Shown: positions 46,048 through 56,301, numbered from the stretch's first letter. The stretch is 64,000 nucleotides of DNA from Candidatus Latescibacterota bacterium (GCA_965219995.1 CBDCOX010000002.1:4032001-4096000), one strand, 5' to 3'. The notes: generated from the sequence alone by a model not told the origin. Program-made: numbers and translations.

Positions 46048-49000
46048 TTGGCCGAGCGAAAGATCGACAGGTTGAAGGAGATGCACCTGACGACGGACCT
46101 CAGGGAGGGGGCGGAGATCGCGGCGCCGGTGGACCCGGACTGGGCGCCTCTTGGCAGGCGGTTTCAGGAGATGGTCCGCGCGCATGCGGGAGTGGACCTG
46201 GCTGTCGTGGATCCGGCCTGCCTGCCGCCCCTGCCCGACGGCCGCCACCGCGTCCTGCTGGGCAATGCGATGGTAAACGACTCGATCATGGCGCTGTACC
46301 GGCGGCAATACGCGTACGTGGACGAGTTTTATCCGGGAGGGGACGGGTATGCGGTCCGGACGGTGCACAACCCGGAGAACTGCGGCCGCAACGTGCTGCT
46401 GGTGGGCGCAAGCAGCGTGGAGGGCGCGGCCGCGGCGCTCGAGGCGCTGGAGGGCGTCCTAAAGGAGACCGGTGGGCGTCTGGGGTATACCAATCTGTCG
46501 CAGTCGGAGGTCCACCAAACGCTCCTGCCGGAGATGACGCCGGATGCGTTCCGGGCGTGGGTGGCGGAAATGTACCGGGACAATCTCAGCTATTACCCGG
46601 TGGAGCAGGCGACGTTCCTGGGGCTGGTCCACCATCTGACGAACGATCCCGGCTGCGCCCGGATGTTCCGGGATGCCCTGTTTTACTACGAGGACCTGGT
46701 GAGGAACCGCTACGGTGGGAACTGGCTGTTCGAGCATATGCTGTTCATCTATTCCTGGGCATGGCGGCTGTTCATGGTCTGGGACCTCATAGAGGAAAGC
46801 GATGCGTTTACGGACGTGGAACGACTCCGCATCACCAATGTATTGTGGGGACTGGCGAATTACGTGGCCGGTACGCGCTATTTCGAGGGCGAGACGCCGC
46901 CCCCGTCCGAGATCCGGCAGAACCACTGGACGTTTGCGGGGCTGAGCGGGTCGTTCTGCGCACGGTATTTCGAGGATTATTACGGGATCGGGAGATTCGA
47001 GAAGCAGATCCGGTTCTCGCAGGCGGTTTTCGACGGTCAGGCGGACAGCTACAAGCCGAACGACGACGCGGGAGGCGGATGGTGGGGTTACTGCTGGTTG
47101 GCGCCATATCACCAGGTAATCTACGATCTGAAGCGGGACGACTTCCGCTTCCTGGAGAACGGCCAGCTTCGCGCCTTTGCCGACTACGGCATCCAGGTGA
47201 CGGACAATCTCGGCGTGCCGGTGAGCTTTGGCGATATGTGGTCCTACGTTGAGCAGGGACGTTATGCGGTGGCGCTGAAGAGCAAGACCATCTCGCTCGA
47301 GTTGGCAATGGCCCTGTGTACGGCGGCCTGGTACTATGAGGACGGGAGCTATCTGTGGGCGCTGGACTGGATGGGGGGCGCGCCGTATCCGGGCTGTTTC
47401 TACAGGGCGCTGCCGAAGCGGCCGCCCGACCGGCTGACCGGGGTCACCGTTGCGCCGTTCAACCGTTCGCTCTACGACTGGGTGGAGCGTTACGCGCCGA
47501 CCGGAGCGAACGTGCCGATCGAAGAGGCGTTCGACAAGCTGGTCCTGCGCGGTGGGTTCGACAGGGACGACGAATATCTGTTGCTGGACGGGACGTCGAC
47601 GTTCGCGCACGGACACGAGGACGGCAACTCGATCGGGCGGCTGACGTGGAAGGGGCGGATGTGGCTGGCGGAACTGGACTACATCTGGAAGCGGCCCCGG
47701 CACCACTGTTCCGTTGTGTCGATCTGTGGTGGCGAAACCGCGCCGATGCCGCCGCTGGTGGCGTTGAAGTGGGCGGAGGCGTTCGGCGGGACGTCATTGA
47801 CGCGCACCGTTGCGCCCGGATATAACGGCCTGGACTGGACGCGGGATATCTTCTGGGTAAAGGGCCGGTTCTTTCTGGTTGCGGACTCGCTAAGGCTGCT
47901 TCGTGACGCGGATTACGATCTCAAGTGCCTCTGGCGGACGCTTGGCGACATCCGGCAGAAAGGTCGTGAGCTGATCGTGGAACAGGAGGGAGTACACTTC
48001 CGGATTCTGAACGCGGACGATTCGGAACCGTCCCTCCTGACGGAAGAAGCCCGCGTTGCCGGAACCGACCCATACGAATTGTACCCGTACGCGGACGGCC
48101 CGATCCGGATTTTCAGCCAGCACAAGGCGCTGCATGGCCGTCCCGGAGACGTGGAGCGATTCTTCAACCTGATGGCGGCGGGGTCGGAGGCGGAGATCGA
48201 TGCATGGCGAATCGATCGCATCGAAGAGGGCCTTGTGAAGGCGGCGCATCCGGACGGGTCCACTGTCGTGGGTGTTGTCGACGGGGAGGCGGAGATAGGA
48301 GGCTTAAGGATCGCCGCCGAGGTCGTGGTGCTGACCGAAACGTCCGTAGTGCTGCTCGACGCGACGGTTCTCCGGGCGGATGACGCCATGTTCGAGAGCG
48401 AGGCTCCGGTGCATCTGGCTCTGTATCCAGGTGAGAGACGCGGGGAAGTTCGTGTAAGGGAAGAGATTGGCGTCCGAACCAGGGGCGTCTCTTTTGACGG
48501 GGCGGGACCTGCACCGGACAGCCTTCCGGCCGGGACGCACGAGATCAGCATCGAAACCGGCCTTCAGGATGTCATTCACGAGGCCCTTCGGGCCGGCACG
48601 CCCTACGTACATCGAAGAGCGCCGAGAGCGCATGGGTTTGTCCCGAAGGATATGTCCATCGCGCGTCTCTGGGAAGCGCAGGTCGGGGGACCGGTCCGGT
48701 GTATCGAAGCGAGGGGTGAATCGACAGCCGTCGGCACAGCCGCGGGACAGGTGCTTTTGCTGGACCGGGAAGCGCGAGTCAGATGGACGCGCGAGACCGG
48801 CGCCGGGGTGCGCGCCGTGCATCTCACCGGCCTGGGGGAAGGACGCCTTCTGGCCGGCGGCCGGGACCGTGCGTTGACGATGTTCGATGCCGACGGGGAG
48901 ATTTGTTGGCGACGGGCGTTCTCAGAGTCTCACGGGGTGGACCAGAATGTGAACGCGGTGACGACGGCGGACCTGACCGGCGATGGAAAACCGGTCATCC

Positions 49001-49716
49001 TGACGGCGACGGACGGCTGGCTGGTGTGGGCGCTGGCGCCGGATGGCGAGGAAGTCTGGCAGCGGCAGATCGAACACCACGCCGCACGGACCCTGGTGAT
49101 CGGAGACGTGGAGGGCGACGGAAAGCAGGAAATCCTGGTGGGCGCCGAATATTACACGTCGAATCTGCTGGAGTCCGACGGAAGGATCCGGTGGACGGTG
49201 AACGGGGGCCCCTGTTTTTCGGCCCTGGCCCTCGCGGACCTGAACGGCGACGGAGTGAAGGAAGCGATTTACGGGGCCATGGACGGGAACGTCTACGCGG
49301 TGGATTCAATATCCGGAAAGATCCTCTGGACGGCCAACCTGGGAGACGACGTCCGTCACGGCGTGACGGTTGGTGGGAAGGGATTCGCGGCGGGAAGTGA
49401 GAGCGGCCACGTGGCGCTGCTGAACGGCCGGGGCAAGAAGCGCTGGCGACGCGACCTGGACGGCGGCGTGACGGGAATGGTTCTTCTGGAGGCCGCCGGC
49501 GAAAAGATGATCGCGGCGGGGACCTCCGACGGGTGGGTCGTGTTCCTGTCCATCGATGGGGAGGTTCTCGGCAGCCACCGCATGGCAGCGGGCGTGACCG
49601 TGTTATCCCGCCTGTCGTCGCCCGGGAAGCCCGGTCTGCTGGTGGGGACGGACGGGGGCATATTGTGCGCGCTCAGTACCGGTGCGGCGCCTTTGGAATT
49701 GCGAATGAATCCGTGA
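46048..49716 (+). CDS. Lyase-propeller protein 5 (divergent paralog), TTG start, 1222 aa
   Basis: FYPGGDGYAVRTVHNP, IRQNHW, FDKLVLRGGFDRDDEYLLLDGTSTFAHGHEDGNSI, and DLTGDG/DVEGDG/DLNGDG repeats. No signal peptide. Confidence 0.82.
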   Translation: MAERKIDRLKEMHLTTDLREGAEIAAPVDPDWAPLGRRFQEMVRAHAGVDLAVVDPACLPPLPDGRHRVLLGNAMVNDSIMALYRRQYAYVDEFYPGGDGYAVRTVHNPENCGRNVLLVGASSVEGAAAALEALEGVLKETGGRLGYTNLSQSEVHQTLLPEMTPDAFRAWVAEMYRDNLSYYPVEQATFLGLVHHLTNDPGCARMFRDALFYYEDLVRNRYGGNWLFEHMLFIYSWAWRLFMVWDLIEESDAFTDVERLRITNVLWGLANYVAGTRYFEGETPPPSEIRQNHWTFAGLSGSFCARYFEDYYGIGRFEKQIRFSQAVFDGQADSYKPNDDAGGGWWGYCWLAPYHQVIYDLKRDDFRFLENGQLRAFADYGIQVTDNLGVPVSFGDMWSYVEQGRYAVALKSKTISLELAMALCTAAWYYEDGSYLWALDWMGGAPYPGCFYRALPKRPPDRLTGVTVAPFNRSLYDWVERYAPTGANVPIEEAFDKLVLRGGFDRDDEYLLLDGTSTFAHGHEDGNSIGRLTWKGRMWLAELDYIWKRPRHHCSVVSICGGETAPMPPLVALKWAEAFGGTSLTRTVAPGYNGLDWTRDIFWVKGRFFLVADSLRLLRDADYDLKCLWRTLGDIRQKGRELIVEQEGVHFRILNADDSEPSLLTEEARVAGTDPYELYPYADGPIRIFSQHKALHGRPGDVERFFNLMAAGSEAEIDAWRIDRIEEGLVKAAHPDGSTVVGVVDGEAEIGGLRIAAEVVVLTETSVVLLDATVLRADDAMFESEAPVHLALYPGERRGEVRVREEIGVRTRGVSFDGAGPAPDSLPAGTHEISIETGLQDVIHEALRAGTPYVHRRAPRAHGFVPKDMSIARLWEAQVGGPVRCIEARGESTAVGTAAGQVLLLDREARVRWTRETGAGVRAVHLTGLGEGRLLAGGRDRALTMFDADGEICWRRAFSESHGVDQNVNAVTTADLTGDGKPVILTATDGWLVWALAPDGEEVWQRQIEHHAARTLVIGDVEGDGKQEILVGAEYYTSNLLESDGRIRWTVNGGPCFSALALADLNGDGVKEAIYGAMDGNVYAVDSISGKILWTANLGDDVRHGVTVGGKGFAAGSESGHVALLNGRGKKRWRRDLDGGVTGMVLLEAAGEKMIAAGTSDGWVVFLSIDGEVLGSHRMAAGVTVLSRLSSPGKPGLLVGTDGGILCALSTGAAPLELRMNP

Positions 49717-49801
49717 TCGCATAAATTAGGGGGTCACTCGACCCGCGCCCGATCAACGCGGCATTGCACCGTCGTCAAACCCGCATTCGGAGAACGATTC
49801 G

Positions 49802-50743
49802 ATGAAATTTGCACTCGTCCTGAGTCCCCTCAATGAAGAACGAATGGCCCTGGCCCGCCAGATCGGCGTGACCGACCTGGTAACCACACTCCCCAATGGC
49901 GGCCCAATCTGGGACTTTGACGCCATTGTACACCACAAGCAGCGCATTGCCGACGCGGGTCTCACGTGGTCCGTGGTGGAGTCTGTCCCGATCTCGAACC
50001 GCGTCACGCTGGGTCTGGACGGCCGGGACGAAGACATCGACGCGTACTGCCAGACCATCCGCAACCTGGGCGCGGCCGGAATCGGGATCATGTGCTGGAA
50101 CTGGATGGCTGTGTTCAACTGGATGCGCACCTCCTTTACGACGCGAGGACGGGGCGATGCATTTGTAAGCAGCTACGATGACACGCTGATGCAGGACGCG
50201 CCCCCGACGAATTACGGGGAAATCAGTGAAGAGCTGCTGTGGGAAACCCTGGAGTATTTTCTCGAACGGGTCATCCCGGTGGCCGAGGAAGCTGGCGTCA
50301 AACAGGCGCTGCATCCCGACGATCCGCCCCTGTCGCCCGTTCGGGGAATCGGCCGCATCATCACCAGCGTGGACGCGTTCCAGCGCGTCGTCGACATGGT
50401 TCCCAGCGACTATAACGGAATTACCTTCTGCCAGGGCAACTTCGCGGCGATGGGAGCTGACGTGCCGACCGCCATCCGCCGGTTTGCGGACAAGATCCAC
50501 TTTTCCCACTTCCGCGACGTGAGAGGCACCGTGCCCAGCTTCGAGGAAACCTTCCACGACGAGGGCGACACGGACATGGCGGAGTGCATCCGGGCGTATA
50601 AAGACATCGGTTTCACCGGCCCCATCCGCCCCGACCACGTTCCCGTGCTGTCCGGCGAGGCAAACGACCCGCCCGGTTACACCCTGATGGGCAGGCTCTA
50701 TGCCATCGGCTATATGAAAGGGCTGCTTGACGGTACGGCCTGA
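49802..50743 (+). CDS. uxuA: Mannonate dehydratase, 313 aa
   Basis: ARQIGV, WSVVES.P, CWNWM, LWETLEYFL..VIPVAEEAGVKQALHPDDPP, GITFCQG, HFRDV, RPDHVP and GRLYAIGYMKGL. Confidence 0.93.
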   Translation: MKFALVLSPLNEERMALARQIGVTDLVTTLPNGGPIWDFDAIVHHKQRIADAGLTWSVVESVPISNRVTLGLDGRDEDIDAYCQTIRNLGAAGIGIMCWNWMAVFNWMRTSFTTRGRGDAFVSSYDDTLMQDAPPTNYGEISEELLWETLEYFLERVIPVAEEAGVKQALHPDDPPLSPVRGIGRIITSVDAFQRVVDMVPSDYNGITFCQGNFAAMGADVPTAIRRFADKIHFSHFRDVRGTVPSFEETFHDEGDTDMAECIRAYKDIGFTGPIRPDHVPVLSGEANDPPGYTLMGRLYAIGYMKGLLDGTA

Positions 50744-50834
50744 CGCCCTTGCCCGAATCCCGGCGGAGTTGCCCATGAGGGCGGAACCGTCAGATCGAGA
50801 CCAGGCGTATCGTTAGCGGCAGGATCGACAATCC

Positions 50835-51803
50835 ATGCGCGACATCAGAATCGGCGCCGCCCAGTTCGAAGCGAGAGACGCCGATAAGCCGTACAACCTG
50901 TCCCGTATCGAGGCCCTCACGAAGCGGGCAGTCGACGCGGGCGCAGAAGTCGTTTCCTTCCACGAGTGCAGCATTCCCGGTTACACCTTTCTGCAGACCC
51001 TCTCCCGTTCCCGCATCGCCGAACTCGCCGAACCCGTTCCAGGGGGACCCTCCACGAAACGCCTGACCGAAATCGCAAGGGAGTACGACGTCGCCGTGCT
51101 GGCAGGCCTCGTGGAAATCGAAAGCGACACCCTTTACAATACGTACGTCGCCGTGGGTCCGAACGGCTTCATCGCGAAACACCGCAAGCTGCACGCGTTC
51201 ATCAGCAGATTCATCGACTCGGGTGACGCGTTTACCGTCTTCGACCTCTGCGGCTGCCGCGTGGGCATCCTGATCTGTTATGACAACAACCTGCCCGAGA
51301 ACGTGCGCCTGACCGCCATGATGGGCGCCGAAATCGTGTTCATGCCGCACGTCACCTGCGGGCTGCCCTCCTCCATGCCGGGCCGGGGTGTCATCGACCG
51401 CGCCCTGTGGGAGAACCGTCACCGCGATCCCGTGTCCCTCCGCCAGGAGTTCAACGGGCCGAAGGGACGGGGTTGGCTCATGCGCTGGCTGCCGGCGCGG
51501 GCGTACGAGAACGGTGTATACGCCGTATACACCAATCCTATCGGCATCGACCACGACACCGTCAAGAACGGCAATGCGATGATTCTGGACCCGTTCGGTG
51601 AGATCGTGGTCGAATCCGACGCCCTCGAAGACGACGTGGTGGTGGGCCTGCTCACCCCCGAAAAGATACCCGTCTCGTCAGGGTACCGATATCTTCGCGC
51701 GCGCCGCCCCGACCTTTACGGTAAGCTGACGGACCCCCTGCCGTCCGACATGCAGGCGGGCACGAATCCGGGCTGGAAACTGAAGGACCCGGATGATGGC
51801 TAG
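50835..51803 (+). CDS. Carbon-nitrogen hydrolase (nitrilase superfamily), 322 aa
   Basis: Catalytic triad intact: FHEC (E), HRKLH (K) and ILICYDN (C); also ARAYENG and RRPDLY. Confidence 0.9.
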   Translation: MRDIRIGAAQFEARDADKPYNLSRIEALTKRAVDAGAEVVSFHECSIPGYTFLQTLSRSRIAELAEPVPGGPSTKRLTEIAREYDVAVLAGLVEIESDTLYNTYVAVGPNGFIAKHRKLHAFISRFIDSGDAFTVFDLCGCRVGILICYDNNLPENVRLTAMMGAEIVFMPHVTCGLPSSMPGRGVIDRALWENRHRDPVSLRQEFNGPKGRGWLMRWLPARAYENGVYAVYTNPIGIDHDTVKNGNAMILDPFGEIVVESDALEDDVVVGLLTPEKIPVSSGYRYLRARRPDLYGKLTDPLPSDMQAGTNPGWKLKDPDDG

Positions 51804-51815
51804 GCCCTTCGCCGA

Positions 51816-51835
51816 CCCTTCGACAAGCTCAGGGA
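51816..51835. repeat. Short dispersed repeat CCCTTCGACAAGCTCAGGGA
   Basis: Reverse complement tccctgagcttgtcgaaggg versus tccctgagcctgtcgaagcg at 12539-12558 (2 mismatches). Confidence 0.7.
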
Positions 51836-51903
51836 GCGGCTCAGTGCCCGGATCGGCCATCCCTCTCCAACTGGCGCTTACCAGGACCCATTGAAAGGAA
51901 AAG

Positions 51904-53883
51904 ATGGCGCAGAGTTCCGCAGCACAGACAGCGTCCGGGTCCCACGCCGCGCCGCAATCCGACGCGGTGACGCTTCGCGCCGTCGCCATCGGCCTGCTGC
52001 TGGTGCTCGTCGTCAATTTCTGGATCTCAATCACCGAGTACGTCATCCACGCCTCGCGGATGCAACTCTCCTTTTTCCCCCTCGCCCTCTTCGCCACCTT
52101 CCTCCTGCTGGTCATCGCCAACGGATTCGTCCGCCGGATCCGGCCGCACAGCGCCCTTCAGTCGTCGGAACTGCTCACCGTCCTGGCAATGGGATTCGTC
52201 GGCGCCGTAGTGCCCACCTCGGGCATCACGGGATTTCTCCTGGGCATTCTATCCGGCGTCTACTATTTCGCTACCCCGGAGAACCAGTGGGCGAACTATC
52301 TGCATCCGAATATGCCCGGCTGGGCCGTGCCTTCGAACGAAAATCACGCGATGACCTGGTTTTACGAGGGCCTGCCCGAGGGGCAGCAGGCGCCGTACCA
52401 GGCCTGGATTGCGCCGCTCATCAGCTGGGTTTTCTTCCTGTTCGCCCTTTGCACGCTCCTGTTCTGCATCGCGGTGATCCTCCGCAAACAGTGGGTTCGG
52501 AACGAGCGACTGGTCTTTCCGCTTGCTTCCGTGGGGGCCACGCTGACGCGCGCCGACCGGGGCGGTTTTCTGCCCGATGCCCTTCGCGGTGGCCTCTTCT
52601 GGGGTGGCTTCGGCGTGGGGTTCGGCGCCATTTCCTGGAATATCCTCAATTACTTCTGGCCGGTGGTCCCCAGGATTCCCCTCCAGGGCAAATGGGTCGT
52701 CTTTGCGAAGGGCTTTCCGCGCGTAAACACCCGCATCAACTTTCTCACCGCGGGATTCGCGTACTTCGCGAACCTGAATATCCTGTTCTCCATCTGGGTT
52801 TTCTTCGTCCTCTTCTTCTGGTTTGAAAACGGCATCATCAACCGCATCGGCTACGTCATCCCGCGCAAGCCGCTCAACTTTTCGGCCGAGACCGAAGTCA
52901 CCGCCTGGCAGGGATTCGGCGCGCTGACCGTGCTGGTGCTGTGGAACCTCTGGACCGCGCGCACGCATATCAGGGCCGTCTTCGCCAGGGCGTTCGGGAA
53001 AGGCGATGCCGACGATGCCGGGGAACTGCTTTCCTACAGGTTCGCCGTGTTCGGACTCGTCGGCAGCCTCGTCTTCATCTGCGCCTTCTTTGCCCGACTG
53101 GGTATGCAGGGCAAGCTCGTCGCGCTGCTCGTGCCGGCTCTGATCGTCAACTATCTCTCCATCGCCCGCATCGTCTGCGAGACCGGACTGGCCTATATGC
53201 GGACCACGCTGACCGAACAGTACGCCGCCCTGTACACGATCGGCACCAGGGCGCTTTCGCCCGCAAGCATGTCCGGCGTCAGTCTCACGTACAGCCTTGT
53301 CTGCCAGGGCAAGGGCACGTTCATGTCCCCCTTCATGCACGTGGTCCGACTCGCGGACCTCATCCGACGGAACAGGCGGCGGCTCGTCCCCGCCCTGGCG
53401 CTGGTGGTCGTCGTGGGCCTCGCGGCCGACTTCGCCCTCACGATCTTCCTGGGTTATCGGACCGGCGCGTTCAACTTCAATGCGTGGCCCTTCTCCAGCG
53501 CAGGCCGATTCGCCTACGACCTGACGGTGACGCAGATGCGGAGTCCCTTCGACACCAGTTGGGAGCGCCTGGCCGTCTTCTGCGTTGGCGCCGCCGCAAT
53601 GTCTCTGCTTACTTTTCTGCACTATCGTCTGCCGTGGTGGCCGTTCCATCCCATCGCGTTTCCGATTGCCTTTTCCTGGAACACCCAGCTTACCGTCTTT
53701 TCCATTTTCGTCGTCTGGGCCATCAAGGCCATCCTGCTCAAGGTCGGCGGCGTCAACCTGTACCGGAAGTGGCAACCCGCCTTTCTGGGGCTGCTGACCG
53801 GATATGTTCTGGCGATCACGTTATCCTTCGTCGTGGACGCGATCTGGTTTCCCGGCCAGGGACACGGCGTGCACAATTACTAG
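51904..53883 (+). CDS. DUF6785/DUF6784-type polytopic membrane protein (paralog 3), 659 aa
   Basis: TLRAVAIG, YFATPENQW, ILRKQW...ERLVFPLA and WWPFHPIA; ends in WFPGQGH.VH like paralog 1. Confidence 0.78.
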   Translation: MAQSSAAQTASGSHAAPQSDAVTLRAVAIGLLLVLVVNFWISITEYVIHASRMQLSFFPLALFATFLLLVIANGFVRRIRPHSALQSSELLTVLAMGFVGAVVPTSGITGFLLGILSGVYYFATPENQWANYLHPNMPGWAVPSNENHAMTWFYEGLPEGQQAPYQAWIAPLISWVFFLFALCTLLFCIAVILRKQWVRNERLVFPLASVGATLTRADRGGFLPDALRGGLFWGGFGVGFGAISWNILNYFWPVVPRIPLQGKWVVFAKGFPRVNTRINFLTAGFAYFANLNILFSIWVFFVLFFWFENGIINRIGYVIPRKPLNFSAETEVTAWQGFGALTVLVLWNLWTARTHIRAVFARAFGKGDADDAGELLSYRFAVFGLVGSLVFICAFFARLGMQGKLVALLVPALIVNYLSIARIVCETGLAYMRTTLTEQYAALYTIGTRALSPASMSGVSLTYSLVCQGKGTFMSPFMHVVRLADLIRRNRRRLVPALALVVVVGLAADFALTIFLGYRTGAFNFNAWPFSSAGRFAYDLTVTQMRSPFDTSWERLAVFCVGAAAMSLLTFLHYRLPWWPFHPIAFPIAFSWNTQLTVFSIFVVWAIKAILLKVGGVNLYRKWQPAFLGLLTGYVLAITLSFVVDAIWFPGQGHGVHNY

Positions 53884-53909
53884 CCTCCTAAAGCCAACAA
53901 CCGGAACCA

Positions 53910-53988
53910 ACATGGATGGACAGGATAGACAGGATGAAAACCTAAAGACTGGAATACACCCGATTCGTGCTACAGCGTTGATTTCGAC
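53910..53988. repeat. Inverted copy of the period-9 CAGGATGRA element found in the 142-bp repeats
   Basis: acatggatggacaggatagacaggatgaaaacc...cccgatt...tttcgac versus the reverse complement of 20698-20755 (acatggatgaacaggatggacaggataaaacc ccgatt...tttcgac). Confidence 0.72.
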
Positions 53989-54009
53989 AGCCCTTGGTAG
54001 CAAATAAAG

Positions 54010-54036
54010 AGGGCCGACGAATGTCTCGTCGGCCCT
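54010..54036. terminator. Probable bidirectional intrinsic terminator
   Basis: Perfect 11-bp stem agggccgacga/tcgtcggccct with a 5-nt loop, between convergent genes; A-rich on the left side. Confidence 0.7.
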
Positions 54037-54082
54037 TCCTGTCCTGCCTGTTGTCGAGCGAGGCTCACGTCTACCCGCAAGG

Positions 54083-56116
54083 TCACGGCATCACCCGGAA
54101 TACCGCGGAACTCGTCGCACGGCTCTTTGCCCGCAAGTCCTCCACGACCACCCTGAAGGCCCAGGGTCCGGGTTTCGACCCTTCCATGTCCAGGGTGAGA
54201 TAATGCGGCTGCCAGTCCCGGGTCTCGTTGTACGAGTTGGTCACGGCCGTGGTCCACTCAGGTATCGCGTCGTCGTCTTCCTTCCACTTCTCCGGCAGCA
54301 GGCGGGTCTGGTACGTGATCCGGTAGCTTGTGGCGCCGAACTCATCCCGCTTCAGATTGTAAACCTCGAAATAGAACGACATGCTTGCGTCCCGCTGGCA
54401 CTGCTTCAAAGGATTGGGCAACACCATAAATCGGTCCCGACCGAACGGCCGGTCGTCGTGTTCGACAACCCGCTGAGCCAGCAGCAGATCGCTGATCTGC
54501 AGTCCGTCTCTGCCGAATCTGCCGATCTCCAACGACTCGCGAAAGGTCCCGAGGCTGTGCCGGCCGAGATCCTCCGTCTCAACCGACAGATGGTACGTCC
54601 CCGGATCCATCGACAGACGCTCGCCCCAGAAGAGGTATCCGTCACGAACGGCGTTGCCTTCGATCCACGGCATTCTGTGAATGGGTGAAATGGTCTTTCG
54701 GACTTCCTTCCACGCCTCGTCGAACAGGAACAGGCCCTGCTTGAGATCCACCGCCTGTATACCGGAACTGACCTCCCGGTGCGCTACATGTTCGCCGGCA
54801 AGCGCATAGTACAGCTCCACGCGGGTTTTTCCGTTCTCTCCCCGGAACTGCGCGATCTCGAACGGCGCGTCGTACCGCTTCAGCCAGTACGGGTCGCTGT
54901 AGTACTCGGGGATCCGCGCCAACAGGTCCTTGAACCTGCTTCTGACCGAACCGCGGATCGTGACCTGCAGCACCTCCCAGTTTTTTTCTCCGAGGCGCTC
55001 GAACGTCACGCTGAAACCGGGATAGCTCCACGTCTCGCGGAGCAGCACGTAGTTCATCCGGTCCAGATAGATGTTTCGCGCATCGGGATGCCCGTAACGT
55101 ATGTACACCTGGCCGCGGTCCGTCTCCCAGCCTTCGACGCCCCGGTCCGGATCGGCGAACCTGAGATTGGCGTATGCCACCCGCCTGCAGTGTTCCAGCA
55201 TCCGCTCGTTCCCGGGAGTCAGAAACAACGGATCCCGTCCTGTCCAGAACCGCCGCAGGGTTTCTTCGTCCGGCAGCTCGCCGCCGTCTTTCAACGCTTC
55301 CCGGTCCGTCAACACCACCACGGACCGGATGAACTGCTGTTCCAGCGGCGACATCAGGTCCAGACCTACCGAATAGAGGTCAAACGCCTTATCCAGGTCC
55401 TCGCGATTCTGGTAACCCAGCCCCGTGAAGAAGTACGCATCCCAGTCTTCCGGGTGGCGCTGAGCATAGTCTTCGAACAGATCCACGAGCCGATCGGCCA
55501 TGTGTCCTTCCAGGTAGACCTGGCCGAGCAGAATCCGCGCTGGACGGTGTTCCGGATCCACCTCCAGCACGCGGGTCAGATAGCCGATCGCCTGCTCCCG
55601 CATCCCCCTGCCGTAATTCCCGTAGTGGAACCTTCGCTTGCGCTCCGGTCCCGACTTCAGGGTTTCCCGTTCCAGATTGTACATCATTTCCCTGGCGGCG
55701 TATCTGCCGGCCTGATAGAGGGCGTCGACGTTATTGGGCGACAGCGCGATCGCCCGCCGGATCTGCACGTAGAACTCTTTGCGCGACCCCGCCTGCCAGT
55801 AGATCTCCGCATACGTCTTCACGTAAGCCGCGTTCTCCGGCTCCCGCTTCATCGCCCGTTGCACCCACTGCCGAGCGAACCGCCTGGACAACACGGTGCC
55901 GCGACTCAGATAGTGCCTGGCCAGGGCGTGCATCGCCCTTCCGGACGGATCGTATCGAACCGCCCGCTCCATCAGCGATACGCGCTTCATGTGCGACAGG
56001 GTGGTATCCGCCGCGGAGGCAAGAAGGGCGGCCACCTTGTACGCGTCCCGCTTGGCCGCCGGCGAGGGCGCGGCGAAGCAAAGGATGGTGGGGATCAACA
56101 GCGCAAGACGCAACAT
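54083..56116 (-). CDS. GWxTD domain protein with TPR repeats and signal peptide, 677 aa
   Basis: MLRLALLIPTILCFAAPSPA; TPR-like helices; FWTGRDP, RRVAYANLRF and GWETDRGQVYIRYGHPD. Confidence 0.87.
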   Translation of the reverse strand: MLRLALLIPTILCFAAPSPAAKRDAYKVAALLASAADTTLSHMKRVSLMERAVRYDPSGRAMHALARHYLSRGTVLSRRFARQWVQRAMKREPENAAYVKTYAEIYWQAGSRKEFYVQIRRAIALSPNNVDALYQAGRYAAREMMYNLERETLKSGPERKRRFHYGNYGRGMREQAIGYLTRVLEVDPEHRPARILLGQVYLEGHMADRLVDLFEDYAQRHPEDWDAYFFTGLGYQNREDLDKAFDLYSVGLDLMSPLEQQFIRSVVVLTDREALKDGGELPDEETLRRFWTGRDPLFLTPGNERMLEHCRRVAYANLRFADPDRGVEGWETDRGQVYIRYGHPDARNIYLDRMNYVLLRETWSYPGFSVTFERLGEKNWEVLQVTIRGSVRSRFKDLLARIPEYYSDPYWLKRYDAPFEIAQFRGENGKTRVELYYALAGEHVAHREVSSGIQAVDLKQGLFLFDEAWKEVRKTISPIHRMPWIEGNAVRDGYLFWGERLSMDPGTYHLSVETEDLGRHSLGTFRESLEIGRFGRDGLQISDLLLAQRVVEHDDRPFGRDRFMVLPNPLKQCQRDASMSFYFEVYNLKRDEFGATSYRITYQTRLLPEKWKEDDDAIPEWTTAVTNSYNETRDWQPHYLTLDMEGSKPGPWAFRVVVEDLRAKSRATSSAVFRVMP

Positions 56117-56225
56117 GACGTACACCACGTGAATCGGCGGAGACGGAAAACCGGCGACAGGCGGGATGAAGGCGCCCGCCGCATCCGTTTGCAAATTATC
56201 CCTTACGTACCCCGTGTACCATTTG

Positions 56226-56252
56226 TAGACCCTGAAATGGAACGAAAGGTTC
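56226..56252 (-). promoter_or_regulatory. Putative ECF-type promoter GAACCT-N16-GTCTA upstream of the GWxTD gene
   Basis: The minus strand reads (g)gaacct ttcgttccatttcagg gtcta, with the same geometry as 15185..15210. Confidence 0.55.
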
Positions 56253-56301
56253 CGCCGGCGTGTCCATCGACGCTTCGACCGGCGAGCCATCCGCGAGTCG
56301 G

